Assembly (NCBI GenBank): GCA_947591055.1
Contig: CANQCW010000002.1
Location: 96 to 64,095, forward strand
DNA: 64,000 nucleotides
Direction: 5' to 3'
From: an uncultured Clostridia bacterium
Lineage (GTDB): Bacteria > Bacillota > Clostridia > TANB77 > CAG-508
The position numbers and the translations under genes were made by a program. Each line of letters begins with the position of its first letter. Position 1 is the first letter of the stretch. Below the pieces are notes generated by a model. The model searched no databases. It saw nothing but the letters and a program-made list of their open reading frames with translations, and was not told the origin of the DNA. Below are positions 16,737 through 28,326 of the stretch, piece by piece.

Positions 16737-18593
16737 CTAATTTAAAACATCAGATAAACCAGCATTTACATTTGCTACATTTTCAGAGTTTACTTCGTTT
16801 TCGTCTGCAACTGTATTAGTATCATCAACTGCTGTATTTACATTATTATCTGTTTCATTTTCAATTATATTTTCATCTTGTATTTCATTATCATCATTAG
16901 TTTCAATATCTTCATCTTCATATACACTTGTTAAAATATTTACTACTTCAAGATTTGTTTCATAATCTATAGTTGTATCATTTACAGTTAAAACAAATTG
17001 GAATAATAAATTTTCATCTGGAAGTAAAACAAGATAATATCTTGAAACATCTTCTGTAGCTATTACATCAATATATCCATAATATGCATTTGTTCCCATT
17101 ACGAAATTACTTACACCTGCTTCAACACTAAAATTACGTGCTGCTGCTTGAGTTTCTAATGAATTTAATAATGTACCAAGTAATGTAGATCTACCAGAAG
17201 GTGTAGTAACATCAGCATTAAATACATTTCCTACATTAGGAATACCTTGAGCAAATAATAATGAATAATCACCTTTAGTTAATGATTTATTTTCTTCATC
17301 ATTATACCATACATTAGAATCATATTCTAAAACATAATTTTCAATAAAATTATATAATTGAATATCTGTGATAGTAGCATTATCATCAGCTGATATTTCA
17401 TTAGTTGTATTTTCAGTAGGTTTAGCTCCTATATCAACTAATCCAGATGTAAATAATATTCCATAAATAATAGCTAATATAAATGGTACTGCAATGCAGA
17501 AAACTATAACTGAAGTTAAAGAAGTATTTCCTTTAGTAGTTGCAATATTTAATAATTGTGAATTATCAGTAATAGTTTGTTTATATTGCTTTAATTTACC
17601 TTGTACAAAATTTTTGTATAAAGGATAAAAGCTAAATCCAAATATTAATACAAAAACAGCATAAGTTACTAAAGCTAATATCAATGAAGTTGCACCTATT
17701 TTTGCAGCTAAAAATGTAAATAGTGCAATAAGTAATATTTGTAATACTGTAAATAAACTACCTACTAAATACATTTTTCTATATAAATAATAAGCACCAC
17801 CTAAAAGACCAGCAGGCCAATTAATTTTTGCAGATTGAGATTTTACAAATAAACTTCCCATCCAATTTTTTATAAAATCAGTATTATAATCATCAGAATC
17901 TACGCCTTGAGATTGATTAAAATTATTATTTTGATATATCATATTAGGGTCTGTGAAGTTATTTTGAGCATAACCCATGTTAGAATCTGCAACATTATTT
18001 TGAACGTAACCCATGTTAGGATCTACAACATTATTTTGAGCGTAACCCATGTTAGGGTCAACAGCATTGTTTTGAGGATAGCTCATGTTAGGGTCCTCAA
18101 TGTTATTTTGAGGATAATCCATATTAGAAATATTTTGACTTAATATAGGATTTATTGTAGGTTGATTATCAAAATCATTTGCACTAGTAGCTCCTTGATC
18201 AACAGGAACACTATTTGCAAGATTTTCTATAGAATCAGCATCAAATTCTTGAACAGGTGGATTTTGCATTTCAGGTGCGTTCATTGTTTCATTATTAGAA
18301 TTAGCTGATTGATCTATACTTGGATCTACTCCAGAAATGGTATCAAAATCTTGGAAAGTATTATTATCTTGATATGGGTTTGAATCTTGATAAGGATTTG
18401 CGTCTTGGTAAGGATTTGAATTTTGATAAGGATTAGAATCCATATCAGGATTAAAAGGTGTAGGATTCAAACTTGCATATGGATCTGTTGCTTGATTAGG
18501 ATCAAATCCCATATTAGGATAAGGATTAGGTCCTTGAGTAGAATTATTTTGATTTTGATTATCATTAGGATTTAAATTGTTTAACTCGTCCAT
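16737..18593 (-). CDS. DUF2628-like multi-pass membrane protein with Asn/Pro-rich repeat N-terminus
   Basis: Central INWPAGLLGGAYYLYRKMYLVGSLF plus TM helices (DUF2628-like). The N-terminus has NPYQD and DPNMGYAQNNVV tandem repeats. Confidence 0.45.
   Translation of the reverse strand: MDELNNLNPNDNQNQNNSTQGPNPYPNMGFDPNQATDPYASLNPTPFNPDMDSNPYQNSNPYQDANPYQDSNPYQDNNTFQDFDTISGVDPSIDQSANSNNETMNAPEMQNPPVQEFDADSIENLANSVPVDQGATSANDFDNQPTINPILSQNISNMDYPQNNIEDPNMSYPQNNAVDPNMGYAQNNVVDPNMGYVQNNVADSNMGYAQNNFTDPNMIYQNNNFNQSQGVDSDDYNTDFIKNWMGSLFVKSQSAKINWPAGLLGGAYYLYRKMYLVGSLFTVLQILLIALFTFLAAKIGATSLILALVTYAVFVLIFGFSFYPLYKNFVQGKLKQYKQTITDNSQLLNIATTKGNTSLTSVIVFCIAVPFILAIIYGILFTSGLVDIGAKPTENTTNEISADDNATITDIQLYNFIENYVLEYDSNVWYNDEENKSLTKGDYSLLFAQGIPNVGNVFNADVTTPSGRSTLLGTLLNSLETQAAARNFSVEAGVSNFVMGTNAYYGYIDVIATEDVSRYYLVLLPDENLLFQFVLTVNDTTIDYETNLEVVNILTSVYEDEDIETNDDNEIQDENIIENETDNNVNTAVDDTNTVADENEVNSENVANVNAGLSDVLN
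17931..18122 (-). repeat. ~36-nt (12-aa) imperfect tandem repeats, 5-6 copies
   Basis: The protein reads PQNNIEDPNMSY / PQNNAVDPNMGY / AQNNVVDPNMGY / VQNNVADSNMGY / AQNNFTDPNMIY. Confidence 0.8.
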
Positions 18594-18920
18594 TTATTAT
18601 CTCCTTAAAATTATATTTAGGCATAGTTGAGGTTCGCCTAAAAACCGATTTTTTACATAAATACACGATAATTATAATTTAAACAGAAAAAATATACAAT
18701 AAAAATATAAAAATGTAATAGAAATGTAAAATTAAAAGTAATCACTACTATTAGCACTAAACAAAATATTTGCATGAGAAAATTTAGATGTATTATTGAA
18801 AAATAAATAGAGGTATAATATAATTAAAATTGTAAAATATTAGCTCAAAATGAAGTAAAACAAGCTAATAAAACCAAATGAAAGGAAAATGTTAGTGAGC
18901 AAACTAACAGATAAAATGTA

Positions 18921-20981
18921 ATGACAGATTTAAATAGAAATGTTCAGTATGTAAAAGGCGTAGGAGAAGTTCGCGCTAAAGTTTTAAATAAACTAGGAAT
19001 ATATACTTTAGAAGATTTAATTACATATTATCCAAGAGACTATGAAGATAGAAGCAAAATAAAAAACATTGCTGAAGCAGTAGATGGTGAAAAATGTTCT
19101 ATTGAAGCAGAAGTGATTTCAGGCTTAAATGTTAGAATGCTCGGAAGAAATAAAAGTTTAGAAAAAGCAATTGTAAAAGATGAAACAGACCATTGTATGA
19201 TTACATGGTTTAATCAACCTTATTTAAAAACACAAGTAATTAGAGGAAAAAAATATAGATTTTTTGGAAAAATGCAAGTGAAAAATGGAGTAAAAGAAAT
19301 TAATTCACCTGTTTTTGACCCTATTGAAAAAAATAATAATACTGGTAAAATTATACCAGTATATCCTTTAACATACGAAATAAATGGAAACGCAATCAGA
19401 AAAATTATTCAAAACGGATTAACTTTAGTAGGTAATTTAAGAGAAATAATGCCTAAAAAAATAATCGATAAATATAATTTAATGGGATATGATGAAGCAA
19501 TTAAACAAATTCATTTTCCAATTAATTTTGAATCTTTTAGAAAAGCTAGAAGAAGGCTTGTTTTTGATGAGCTTTTAATAATGCAATTAGGACTTTTGAA
19601 ATTAAAAGGAGAAAATAACGTAGAAATAAAAGGAATAAAATATGATGAAAATGTAAATATGTCAGATGTTATAAATGATTTACCATTTAAACTTACAAAA
19701 GCACAATTAAATGTATTAGAAGACATAAATAGAGATATGGAAAAAGATAAACCAATGAATAGACTACTTCAAGGAGATGTTGGCTCTGGAAAAACAATAG
19801 TAGCAATGATAGCAGCATATAAAGCTGTAAAAAGTGGATATCAAGTAGTAATGCTTGCTCCAACAATGATTTTAGCAAAACAACATTTAGAAAATTTTAA
19901 AAATATTTTAGAAAAATATGGAATAAAATGTGAAGGTTTAGTTGGAGGTATGACTGCTAAACAAAAAAAATTAGCACTAGAAAAAATAGAAAAAGGTGAA
20001 GTAGATATTGTAATTGGTACACATGCACTTTTAGAAGAAAATGTTGTATTTAATAAGTTAGGATTAGTTGTAACAGATGAACAACACCGCTTTGGTGTAA
20101 AACAAAGAAGTACAATAATTGCAAAAGGCGAAAATCCAGATGTACTTGTAATGACAGCAACTCCAATACCAAGAACGCTAGCATTAATATTATATGGAGA
20201 TTTGGATATATCTATAATAGATGAACTTCCACCTAATAGAAAACAAATAAAAACATTTGCTGTTTCTAAAAAATTAGAAGAAAGAGTAAATGAATTTGTA
20301 AAAAAAGAAATAGATAAAGGAAGACAATGCTATGTTGTTTGTCCTTTAGTTGAGGAGCAAGAAGAAAGTGATGGACCAAAATTAAAATCGGCATTAGAAC
20401 TTGCTGAAGAATACCAAAATAAAACTTTTAAAGATTATAGAGTTGGAGTACTTCATGGAAAAATGAAACCAAAAGAAAAAGATGAAATAATGCAAAAATT
20501 TAAAGATAAGCAGTTGGACATTTTAGTATCTACAACAGTAATAGAAGTTGGAGTAGATGTGCCAAATGCATCTTTAATGATTATAGAAAACGCAGAAAGA
20601 TTTGGCCTAGCACAACTTCACCAACTAAGAGGAAGAGTCGGTAGAGGGGAGTATGAATCTTATTGTATATTAAAATGTGGAGGGACTAATGAACTTATAA
20701 AGGAGAGGATGGACATAATGACAGAAACAGATAATGGATTTGTTATAGCAGAAAAAGACCTAGAATTAAGAGGCTCAGGAGATTTCTTTGGTACTAAACA
20801 ACATGGTATTCCAGAGTTTAAGATAGCAAATCTTTTTAAAGATATGGAAGAATTAAAAGAAGTTCAAGCTCTAGCAATACAAATAATTGATCAAGATATG
20901 AATTTAGAAAAAGAAGAAAACAGACCATTAAATAAATTAGTTGAAAAAAGATTTTCCTCAAAAGAAGAAATAACAATTTGA
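18921..20981 (+). CDS. recG: ATP-dependent DNA helicase RecG
   Basis: 686 aa. Wedge/OB N-terminus, Walker A GDVGSGKT, DEQH box (VVTDEQHRFGV), motif VI QLRGRVGRG. Confidence 0.92.
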   Translation: MTDLNRNVQYVKGVGEVRAKVLNKLGIYTLEDLITYYPRDYEDRSKIKNIAEAVDGEKCSIEAEVISGLNVRMLGRNKSLEKAIVKDETDHCMITWFNQPYLKTQVIRGKKYRFFGKMQVKNGVKEINSPVFDPIEKNNNTGKIIPVYPLTYEINGNAIRKIIQNGLTLVGNLREIMPKKIIDKYNLMGYDEAIKQIHFPINFESFRKARRRLVFDELLIMQLGLLKLKGENNVEIKGIKYDENVNMSDVINDLPFKLTKAQLNVLEDINRDMEKDKPMNRLLQGDVGSGKTIVAMIAAYKAVKSGYQVVMLAPTMILAKQHLENFKNILEKYGIKCEGLVGGMTAKQKKLALEKIEKGEVDIVIGTHALLEENVVFNKLGLVVTDEQHRFGVKQRSTIIAKGENPDVLVMTATPIPRTLALILYGDLDISIIDELPPNRKQIKTFAVSKKLEERVNEFVKKEIDKGRQCYVVCPLVEEQEESDGPKLKSALELAEEYQNKTFKDYRVGVLHGKMKPKEKDEIMQKFKDKQLDILVSTTVIEVGVDVPNASLMIIENAERFGLAQLHQLRGRVGRGEYESYCILKCGGTNELIKERMDIMTETDNGFVIAEKDLELRGSGDFFGTKQHGIPEFKIANLFKDMEELKEVQALAIQIIDQDMNLEKEENRPLNKLVEKRFSSKEEITI

Positions 20982-21010
20982 TAAAAATTAACAAAATTTA
21001 ACAAAAACTA

Positions 21011-21039
21011 TTGCATAATTTGACGAAATATGATAATAT
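21011..21039 (+). promoter_or_regulatory. sigmaA-type promoter for small ORF
   Basis: TTGCAT (21011-21016), 17 nt, TAATAT (21034-21039). Confidence 0.5.
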
Positions 21040-21068
21040 GTTTTTAACAATACAAGGAGAGTAATTCT

Positions 21069-21245
21069 ATGGAAAAAGAAAATAAAATGATAAAAGAAAT
21101 AGATACAGATTTTGAACTAACAGAAGAGGACATGCAACATTTGTTAAAATCCGAAGAAGATGTAAGGATGGGAAGAGTATGTACTATGGAAGAATTCTTT
21201 GAAAAATTAGAAAAAGAACATGGATTTAAATATATTGAAATGTAA
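21069..21245 (+). CDS. 58-aa acidic hypothetical protein (below the ORF-track size cut-off)
   Basis: RBS AGGAGAG lies 7-8 nt upstream. MEKENKMIKEIDTDFELTEEDMQHLLKSEEDVRMGRVCTMEEFFEKLEKEHGFKYIEM. It has its own promoter and terminator. Confidence 0.5.
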   Translation: MEKENKMIKEIDTDFELTEEDMQHLLKSEEDVRMGRVCTMEEFFEKLEKEHGFKYIEM

Positions 21246-21251
21246 CCAATT

Positions 21252-21297
21252 TAATCGTTGAAACGAAATTGAAATTTCGACAACGATTTATTTTTTT
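21252..21297 (+). terminator. rho-independent terminator
   Basis: AATCGTTG..CGAAATT-ga-AATTTCG..CAACGATT extended hairpin followed by TATTTTTTT. Confidence 0.8.
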
Positions 21298-21337
21298 GCC
21301 TTCACACAAAATTCACAAACTTTATTAGCAATGTATA

Positions 21338-21366
21338 TTGACATTTGCTAAAAATCGATATAGAAT
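21338..21366 (+). promoter_or_regulatory. sigmaA promoter of the hrcA-grpE-dnaK-dnaJ operon
   Basis: TTGACA (21338-21343), 17 nt, TAGAAT (21361-21366). Confidence 0.75.
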
Positions 21367-21368
21367 AA

Positions 21369-21395
21369 TTAGCAGACTGAAAGCAAGAGTGCTAA
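21369..21395 (+). promoter_or_regulatory. CIRCE operator (HrcA binding site)
   Basis: TTAGCAGAC-tgaaagcaa-GAGTGCTAA versus consensus TTAGCACTC-N9-GAGTGCTAA (2 mismatches in the left arm). It lies immediately downstream of the -10. Confidence 0.85.
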
Positions 21396-21409
21396 TAGAG
21401 GTGATAAAA

Positions 21410-22453
21410 TTGGAGTTAGATAATAGAAAAAAAAGAATACTTCAAGCAATAGTAAACGAGTATATTGACACAATAGAGCCAGTAAGTTCAGGAAGTTTAA
21501 TTGAAAAATATGGACTTGATTGTAGTAGTGCTACTGTAAGAAATGATATGGCAGAACTTGAAAAAGAAGGCTTTCTAGAAAAGACACATACATCAAGTGG
21601 TAGGATACCATCTACAAAAGGATATAGATTTTATGTAGATAAACTTTTAAAAGAGAAAAATTTAAGCTTAAATGAAATCAAATACATAAATTCAAAATTA
21701 CAATCTAGAGTAGATGAAATGGAGGAGCTTACTAAAATAGCTACTAATACTATTTCAGAAGTAACACATTATACTACTGTGTCTGTAGAACCAAACGCAG
21801 GTAAACAAAGAATTCAAGAAATTAAGTTTATTTTGATTGGCTCAAAAATGCTTATGGCAATAATATTAACAGAAACAGGAACAATAAAGGAAACTATTAT
21901 TAAGTTTGATAGTGAAATAAATGAAGAGCAAGTAGAAACCTTAAATACTATATTTAACAACAAATTAAAAGGTGAATATTTATCTCTTATAAATGTTCCT
22001 ATTGAGCAATACATAATGAAGGAAATGGCTTACAGAGTTGATGTTATTAAGCCTATAGTAAAACAAATTACTAAACTTATTAATAGTGAATCAAGACTGT
22101 ATATGCAAGGAACAAACAGAGCTTTAGATAATCCTGAATTCAAGTCTGGAGATTTAGCTAAAAGATTTTTAGGTCTTTTGGATAAAAGAGATTTAATTGA
22201 AAATTTACTTGACAATGATGAGGATTTCAATGTATATATTGGAAATGAACAAAATGGCTTAAAAGATTTAAGTATAGTTACTTTTAGAAATATAGTTGCT
22301 GGAAAAGACTTAGGAACAATTGGAATTATTGGACCAACTAGGATGGACTATTCAAAAGTAATTTCTGTTTTAAAATACATTAACAAAGAGTTAAATAAAG
22401 ATGTTAATCTAGGTTTAGGCGACGGAAAAGAGGAAAATAATCATGGAGGATAA
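21410..22453 (+). CDS. hrcA: heat-inducible transcription repressor HrcA
   Basis: LELDNRKKRILQAIVNEYIDTIEPVSSGSL is the typical HrcA N-terminus. TTG at 21410 is preceded by GAGGTG. The track ATG at 21338 would lie inside the promoter/CIRCE. Confidence 0.88.
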   Translation: MELDNRKKRILQAIVNEYIDTIEPVSSGSLIEKYGLDCSSATVRNDMAELEKEGFLEKTHTSSGRIPSTKGYRFYVDKLLKEKNLSLNEIKYINSKLQSRVDEMEELTKIATNTISEVTHYTTVSVEPNAGKQRIQEIKFILIGSKMLMAIILTETGTIKETIIKFDSEINEEQVETLNTIFNNKLKGEYLSLINVPIEQYIMKEMAYRVDVIKPIVKQITKLINSESRLYMQGTNRALDNPEFKSGDLAKRFLGLLDKRDLIENLLDNDEDFNVYIGNEQNGLKDLSIVTFRNIVAGKDLGTIGIIGPTRMDYSKVISVLKYINKELNKDVNLGLGDGKEENNHGG

Positions 22454-23027
22454 TATGAACACAGAAGAAAATATAGAGCAATCAAATGTAATGAAAAATG
22501 ATAGTAGCGAAAGTAATATAAATGAAAATAATATAAATGAAAATATGAAAGTTGAAAAACAAGAAAAAACAGAATTAGATATTTTAAATGAAAAGATAGA
22601 ACAGCAAAAAGAAGAATTAGACTCAAGAGAAGACAGAATAAAAAGACTTATGGCAGAGTTTGAAAATTTCAAAAAAAGAAGCGACAAAGAAAGATCATCT
22701 ATGTACAATAGCGTACTTGGAGATGTAGTAATTAAACTACTTCCTGTTCTAGATAATTTAGAAAAAGCCATGCAAAGCAATACTCAAGATGAGCAATACA
22801 AAAATGGAATAGAGCTTGTAATGAAGCAATTCAAAGATGTGCTTACAGAAAATGGAGTAAAAGAAATAGAAGCTGTTGGTAAACAATTTGATCCAACATA
22901 TCATGAAGCTGTAAGCTTAGTAGAAGATAGCTCACTTGGTGCAAAAATTGTTAAAGAAGAATATAGAAAAGGCTATATGATTGGTGATAGAGTTTTAAGA
23001 CACTCACTAGTTGTAGTCGCAAATTAA
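22443..23027 (+). CDS. grpE: nucleotide exchange factor GrpE
   Basis: RLMAEFENFKKRSDKE and LLPVLDNLEKA motifs; position between hrcA and dnaK. Confidence 0.9.
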   Translation: MEDNMNTEENIEQSNVMKNDSSESNINENNINENMKVEKQEKTELDILNEKIEQQKEELDSREDRIKRLMAEFENFKKRSDKERSSMYNSVLGDVVIKLLPVLDNLEKAMQSNTQDEQYKNGIELVMKQFKDVLTENGVKEIEAVGKQFDPTYHEAVSLVEDSSLGAKIVKEEYRKGYMIGDRVLRHSLVVVAN

Positions 23028-23110
23028 AGTTTTTAATTATATTAAAATAAATTTTACAGAAGAAAATAATTATGTTAAACCAAAGAAAACTATATAAAAA
23101 AGAGAATTAA

Positions 23111-24991
<1,881 letters not shown>

Positions 24992-25003
24992 GTTAAAGAT
25001 TAA

Positions 25004-25026
25004 GAGGTTGGATAAAGTCCAACCTC
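25004..25026 (+). other. stem-loop between dnaK and dnaJ (possible partial attenuator or processing site)
   Basis: GAGGTTGGA-taaag-TCCAACCTC, with no T-run after it. Confidence 0.4.
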
Positions 25027-25070
25027 AAGATTTAATGTAGGCATATAAATAAATTAGGTTGGAGGAAAAA

Positions 25071-26240
25071 ATGGCAAAAGATTATTATGAAGTCTTAGGT
25101 GTCAGCAAAAATGCGTCTGAAGATGAAATAAAAAAAGCATATAGAAAATTAGCAAAACAATGGCACCCTGATGCCAATCCAGATAATAGAAAAGAAGCAG
25201 AGGAAAAATTCAAAGAAGTAGGAGAAGCTTATTCAGTTTTATCAGACCCAGAAAAGAAAAGAAATTATGACCAATTCGGTTCAGCAGATGGACCTAGTTT
25301 CGGAGGCGGAAGCGGATTCGGTGGATTCGGCAATGGTTTTGGTGGATTTGGAAATGGTTCTTATACATATACAACAAGTGGATTTGGATTTGATGATGTA
25401 GTTGATGACTTTGTTTCATCTATATTTGGTGGTGGAAGCAGAAGAAGAGCTAGAGCTACAAATGCACCACAAAAAGGTCAAGACTTAAGATATAATATTG
25501 ATATAAGCTTTGAAGAATCATATACAGGAGCTAAAAAAGAATTTACGATTACAAAAAATGTAAAATGTGATGATTGTGATGGAAGTGGAGCAAAACCAGG
25601 AACAGATATTGAAACATGTCCAATTTGCCATGGAACAGGTCAAGTTAAGAAAAATCAAACAATAGGAGGATTTGCAACATTTCAAACTGTAGGACCTTGT
25701 GAAAATTGTAGAGCAACTGGAAAAGTAATAAAAGAGCCTTGCGAAACTTGCAAAGGTAAAGGAACAGTTAGAAAAACTGTAAAAATTAAATTTGATATTC
25801 CAGCAGGAGTTAAAGATGGAGCTACTTTAGTTTTATCTGGTAAAGGTGAACCTGGTAAAAATGGTGGACCAAATGGAGATATTTATGTAGATGTAAGAGT
25901 AAAAAAGAGTAGTATTTTTACTCGTAATGGTGATGATATAGAATTAACAGTTCCAATTACTATTACACAAGCTACATTAGGTACAAAACTAAGAATTCCT
26001 ACGGTAAATGGTGAAGATGTAGATTTTGACATATCTGAAGGAACACAATCAGGAAGCAAATTTACTATTAAAGGAAAAGGATTTAAAAAGCTAAATTCTA
26101 ATTATACAGGAGATTTAATTTTTACTGTTCAAGTTCAAACTCCAAAGAAACTTACAAAAGAACAAAGAGAACTATTTGTTGAACTTGCAAAAACAATGAA
26201 CGAACAACCACCAGTAAAGAAAAAAGGCATATTTGGATAA
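25071..26240 (+). CDS. dnaJ: molecular chaperone DnaJ
   Basis: J domain with HPD (KQWHPDANP), G/F-rich region, four CxxCxGxG zinc-finger repeats. ATG at 25071 follows GGAGGA. Confidence 0.95.
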   Translation: MAKDYYEVLGVSKNASEDEIKKAYRKLAKQWHPDANPDNRKEAEEKFKEVGEAYSVLSDPEKKRNYDQFGSADGPSFGGGSGFGGFGNGFGGFGNGSYTYTTSGFGFDDVVDDFVSSIFGGGSRRRARATNAPQKGQDLRYNIDISFEESYTGAKKEFTITKNVKCDDCDGSGAKPGTDIETCPICHGTGQVKKNQTIGGFATFQTVGPCENCRATGKVIKEPCETCKGKGTVRKTVKIKFDIPAGVKDGATLVLSGKGEPGKNGGPNGDIYVDVRVKKSSIFTRNGDDIELTVPITITQATLGTKLRIPTVNGEDVDFDISEGTQSGSKFTIKGKGFKKLNSNYTGDLIFTVQVQTPKKLTKEQRELFVELAKTMNEQPPVKKKGIFG

Positions 26241-26252
26241 AGGAAAATAAAA

Positions 26253-27029
26253 ATGAAAGATATAAAAATTATAGTAGCAACACATAAAAAATATCAAATG
26301 CCAAAAGAAGATATATATTTGCCACTTCAAGTAGGAGCAGAAGGAAAAGAAGACTTAGGTTATAAAAAAGATAATGAAGGAGAAAATATATCAAATAAAA
26401 ATGCGTATTACTGTGAGTTAACAGGTCTTTATTGGGCATGGAAAAATTTAAATAATGATTATATTGGCATGGTTCATTATAGAAGATATTTTTCTAAAAA
26501 TAAAAAAGGCAAAGATAAATTTGAAAATATAATAAATAGAAAAGAAATAGAAAATTTATTAAATGATGTAAACGTTGTACTACCGAAAAAAAGAAAATAT
26601 TATATAGAAAATTTATATTCGCATTATGAGCATACTATGTATATAGAGCCTCTATTAGAAACAGGTAAAATAATTGAAGAAAAATATCCAAAGTATTTAG
26701 AAGAATTTAATAAATTAAAGAAAAGAACATCTGCCCACATGTTTAATATGTTTATTATGAAAAAGGAAATACTAGATGAATATTGCAAATGGCTTTTTGA
26801 CATATTATTTGAAGTGGAAAAAAGATGTGATCCAACACAATATGATAATTTTCATGCAAGATATTTAGGAAGAATATCAGAGTTACTTTTAGATGTTTGG
26901 ATAAATACCAATAATGTTAAATATGAAGAAATAAAAGTAATTAACATGGAAAAAACAAACTGGCTAAAAAAAGGATCTGCTTTTTTAATGGCAAAATTTA
27001 CGGGAAAAAAATATAATAAAAGTTTTTAA
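26253..27029 (+). CDS. DUF4422-domain protein (putative glycosyltransferase)
   Basis: IIVATHKKYQMPKEDIYLPLQVGAEGK...GENISNKNAYYCELTGLYWAWKN...HYRRYF matches the DUF4422 pattern. Confidence 0.7.
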   Translation: MKDIKIIVATHKKYQMPKEDIYLPLQVGAEGKEDLGYKKDNEGENISNKNAYYCELTGLYWAWKNLNNDYIGMVHYRRYFSKNKKGKDKFENIINRKEIENLLNDVNVVLPKKRKYYIENLYSHYEHTMYIEPLLETGKIIEEKYPKYLEEFNKLKKRTSAHMFNMFIMKKEILDEYCKWLFDILFEVEKRCDPTQYDNFHARYLGRISELLLDVWINTNNVKYEEIKVINMEKTNWLKKGSAFLMAKFTGKKYNKSF

Positions 27030-27037
27030 AATATAAA

Positions 27038-27071
27038 GGAACGATATAAAAAAATATCGTTTCTTTTTTTT
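27038..27071 (+). terminator. rho-independent terminator
   Basis: GGAACGATAT-aaaaaa-ATATCGTTTC followed by a T7 run. Confidence 0.8.
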
Positions 27072-27125
27072 ATAGAAAAAGCCAAAATTTCATTAAAATA
27101 AAAGACAAATAATAATTTTAAAAGG

Positions 27126-27155
27126 TTGACTAAATAGATTTATAAGAGATATAAT
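27126..27155 (+). promoter_or_regulatory. sigmaA promoter of the polysaccharide operon
   Basis: TTGACT (27126-27131), 18 nt, TATAAT (27150-27155). Confidence 0.6.
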
Positions 27156-27217
27156 AAAAAAGTATAATTATCATATGAGAAGTTACATAAATAAAACAAC
27201 AAAGGAAAGAGGAAAAA

Positions 27218-28282
27218 ATGGCAAAAAAAGAAAAAAAACAAAAAACAGCAATACAAAAGGCTATAAAAATTATATCAATATTATTAATTATACTAGTAAT
27301 TGCCTTAGTAGCGATATTTACAGGTGGATATACATATATAAATTCTTTGATTGGTACAATGAATCAAGAACAAATAGATGAAAGCCAAATAGGCGTAAGT
27401 AGTAAAAGCGAAGAAAATTTAAAAAATTATAGAAACATTGCCTTACTTGGAGTTGATACAAGAAAAGATAATTATGAAACATACAATAACAGAAGTGATT
27501 GTATAATAATTGCAAGTATAAATGAGAAAAATGGAGATATACGATTAATATCTGTATATAGAGATACATATTTGCAAGTAAAAGAATATGGAAAAGATAA
27601 ATTAGACAAAATTACACATGCTTATTCATTTGGAGGGGCACAAAATACTTTACTTGCATTAAATACAAATTTGGATTTAAACATAAAAGAATATGTAACA
27701 GTAAATTTTGATGCAGTAATAGAAGCGGTAGATGCACTAGGTGGAGTTACAATTAATATTACTAATGAAGAAATAAAATATATAAATGACTATATTAAAT
27801 CACTTAACCAATTATTAAATAGATCAGCTAAAAGCATTACAAAGGCTGGACAACAAAACTTAAATGGAATACAAGCACTAGCATATTCAAGAATAAGATA
27901 CACAGCAGGTGGAGATTATAAAAGAACAGAAAGGATGAGAGATGTCTTAGAGGCAATGGCATCAAAGGCAAAAAATCTTGGAATAGGTCAATTAATAAAT
28001 TTAATTAATCTTCTTGTACCTAAAATTAGCACAAACTTATCAACAGGAGACATTATATCATTAGTCCCAACATTGATTAATGGAAATTTCACAGAGAGTA
28101 TGGGATGGCCATATAATACAAAAGGAGTAACGTTTGATTTGTGGTATGGAGCACCTGTTACACTAGAAAGTAATGTAGTAAAAATGCATAAAGAAATATT
28201 TAATGATGCAGATTACGAAGCACCAGAAACAGTAAAAAAGATTAGCAATGATATAATTAGCAAAACTGGATATAAAGAATAA
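27218..28282 (+). CDS. LCP-family (LytR-CpsA-Psr) glycopolymer-peptidoglycan ligase
   Basis: N-terminal TM anchor. NIALLGVDTR...RSDCIIIASINEKNGDIRLISVYRDTY and ALAYSRIRY motifs. Confidence 0.85.
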   Translation: MAKKEKKQKTAIQKAIKIISILLIILVIALVAIFTGGYTYINSLIGTMNQEQIDESQIGVSSKSEENLKNYRNIALLGVDTRKDNYETYNNRSDCIIIASINEKNGDIRLISVYRDTYLQVKEYGKDKLDKITHAYSFGGAQNTLLALNTNLDLNIKEYVTVNFDAVIEAVDALGGVTINITNEEIKYINDYIKSLNQLLNRSAKSITKAGQQNLNGIQALAYSRIRYTAGGDYKRTERMRDVLEAMASKAKNLGIGQLINLINLLVPKISTNLSTGDIISLVPTLINGNFTESMGWPYNTKGVTFDLWYGAPVTLESNVVKMHKEIFNDADYEAPETVKKISNDIISKTGYKE

Positions 28283-28326
28283 AAAACGTACTAAAATTAG
28301 TATATAAAAAGACCAAGAAAAAGGAA

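Noticed and set aside
18594-18920. Short inverted repeats (TTAGGC...GCCTAA; TTAGCT...AGCTAA; GTTAGT...ACTAAC) as another switch or an sRNA
   Set aside because: The stems are 6-8 bp with large loops, there is no enclosed promoter logic, and that level is expected by chance in AT-rich DNA.
27175-27381. 68-aa ORF overlapping the LCP gene start, and the 64-aa ORF 11034-11228 overlapping the GT4 3' end
   Set aside because: They are out-of-frame overlaps with well-supported genes, with Lys/Asn-rich nonsense-like sequence and no RBS.
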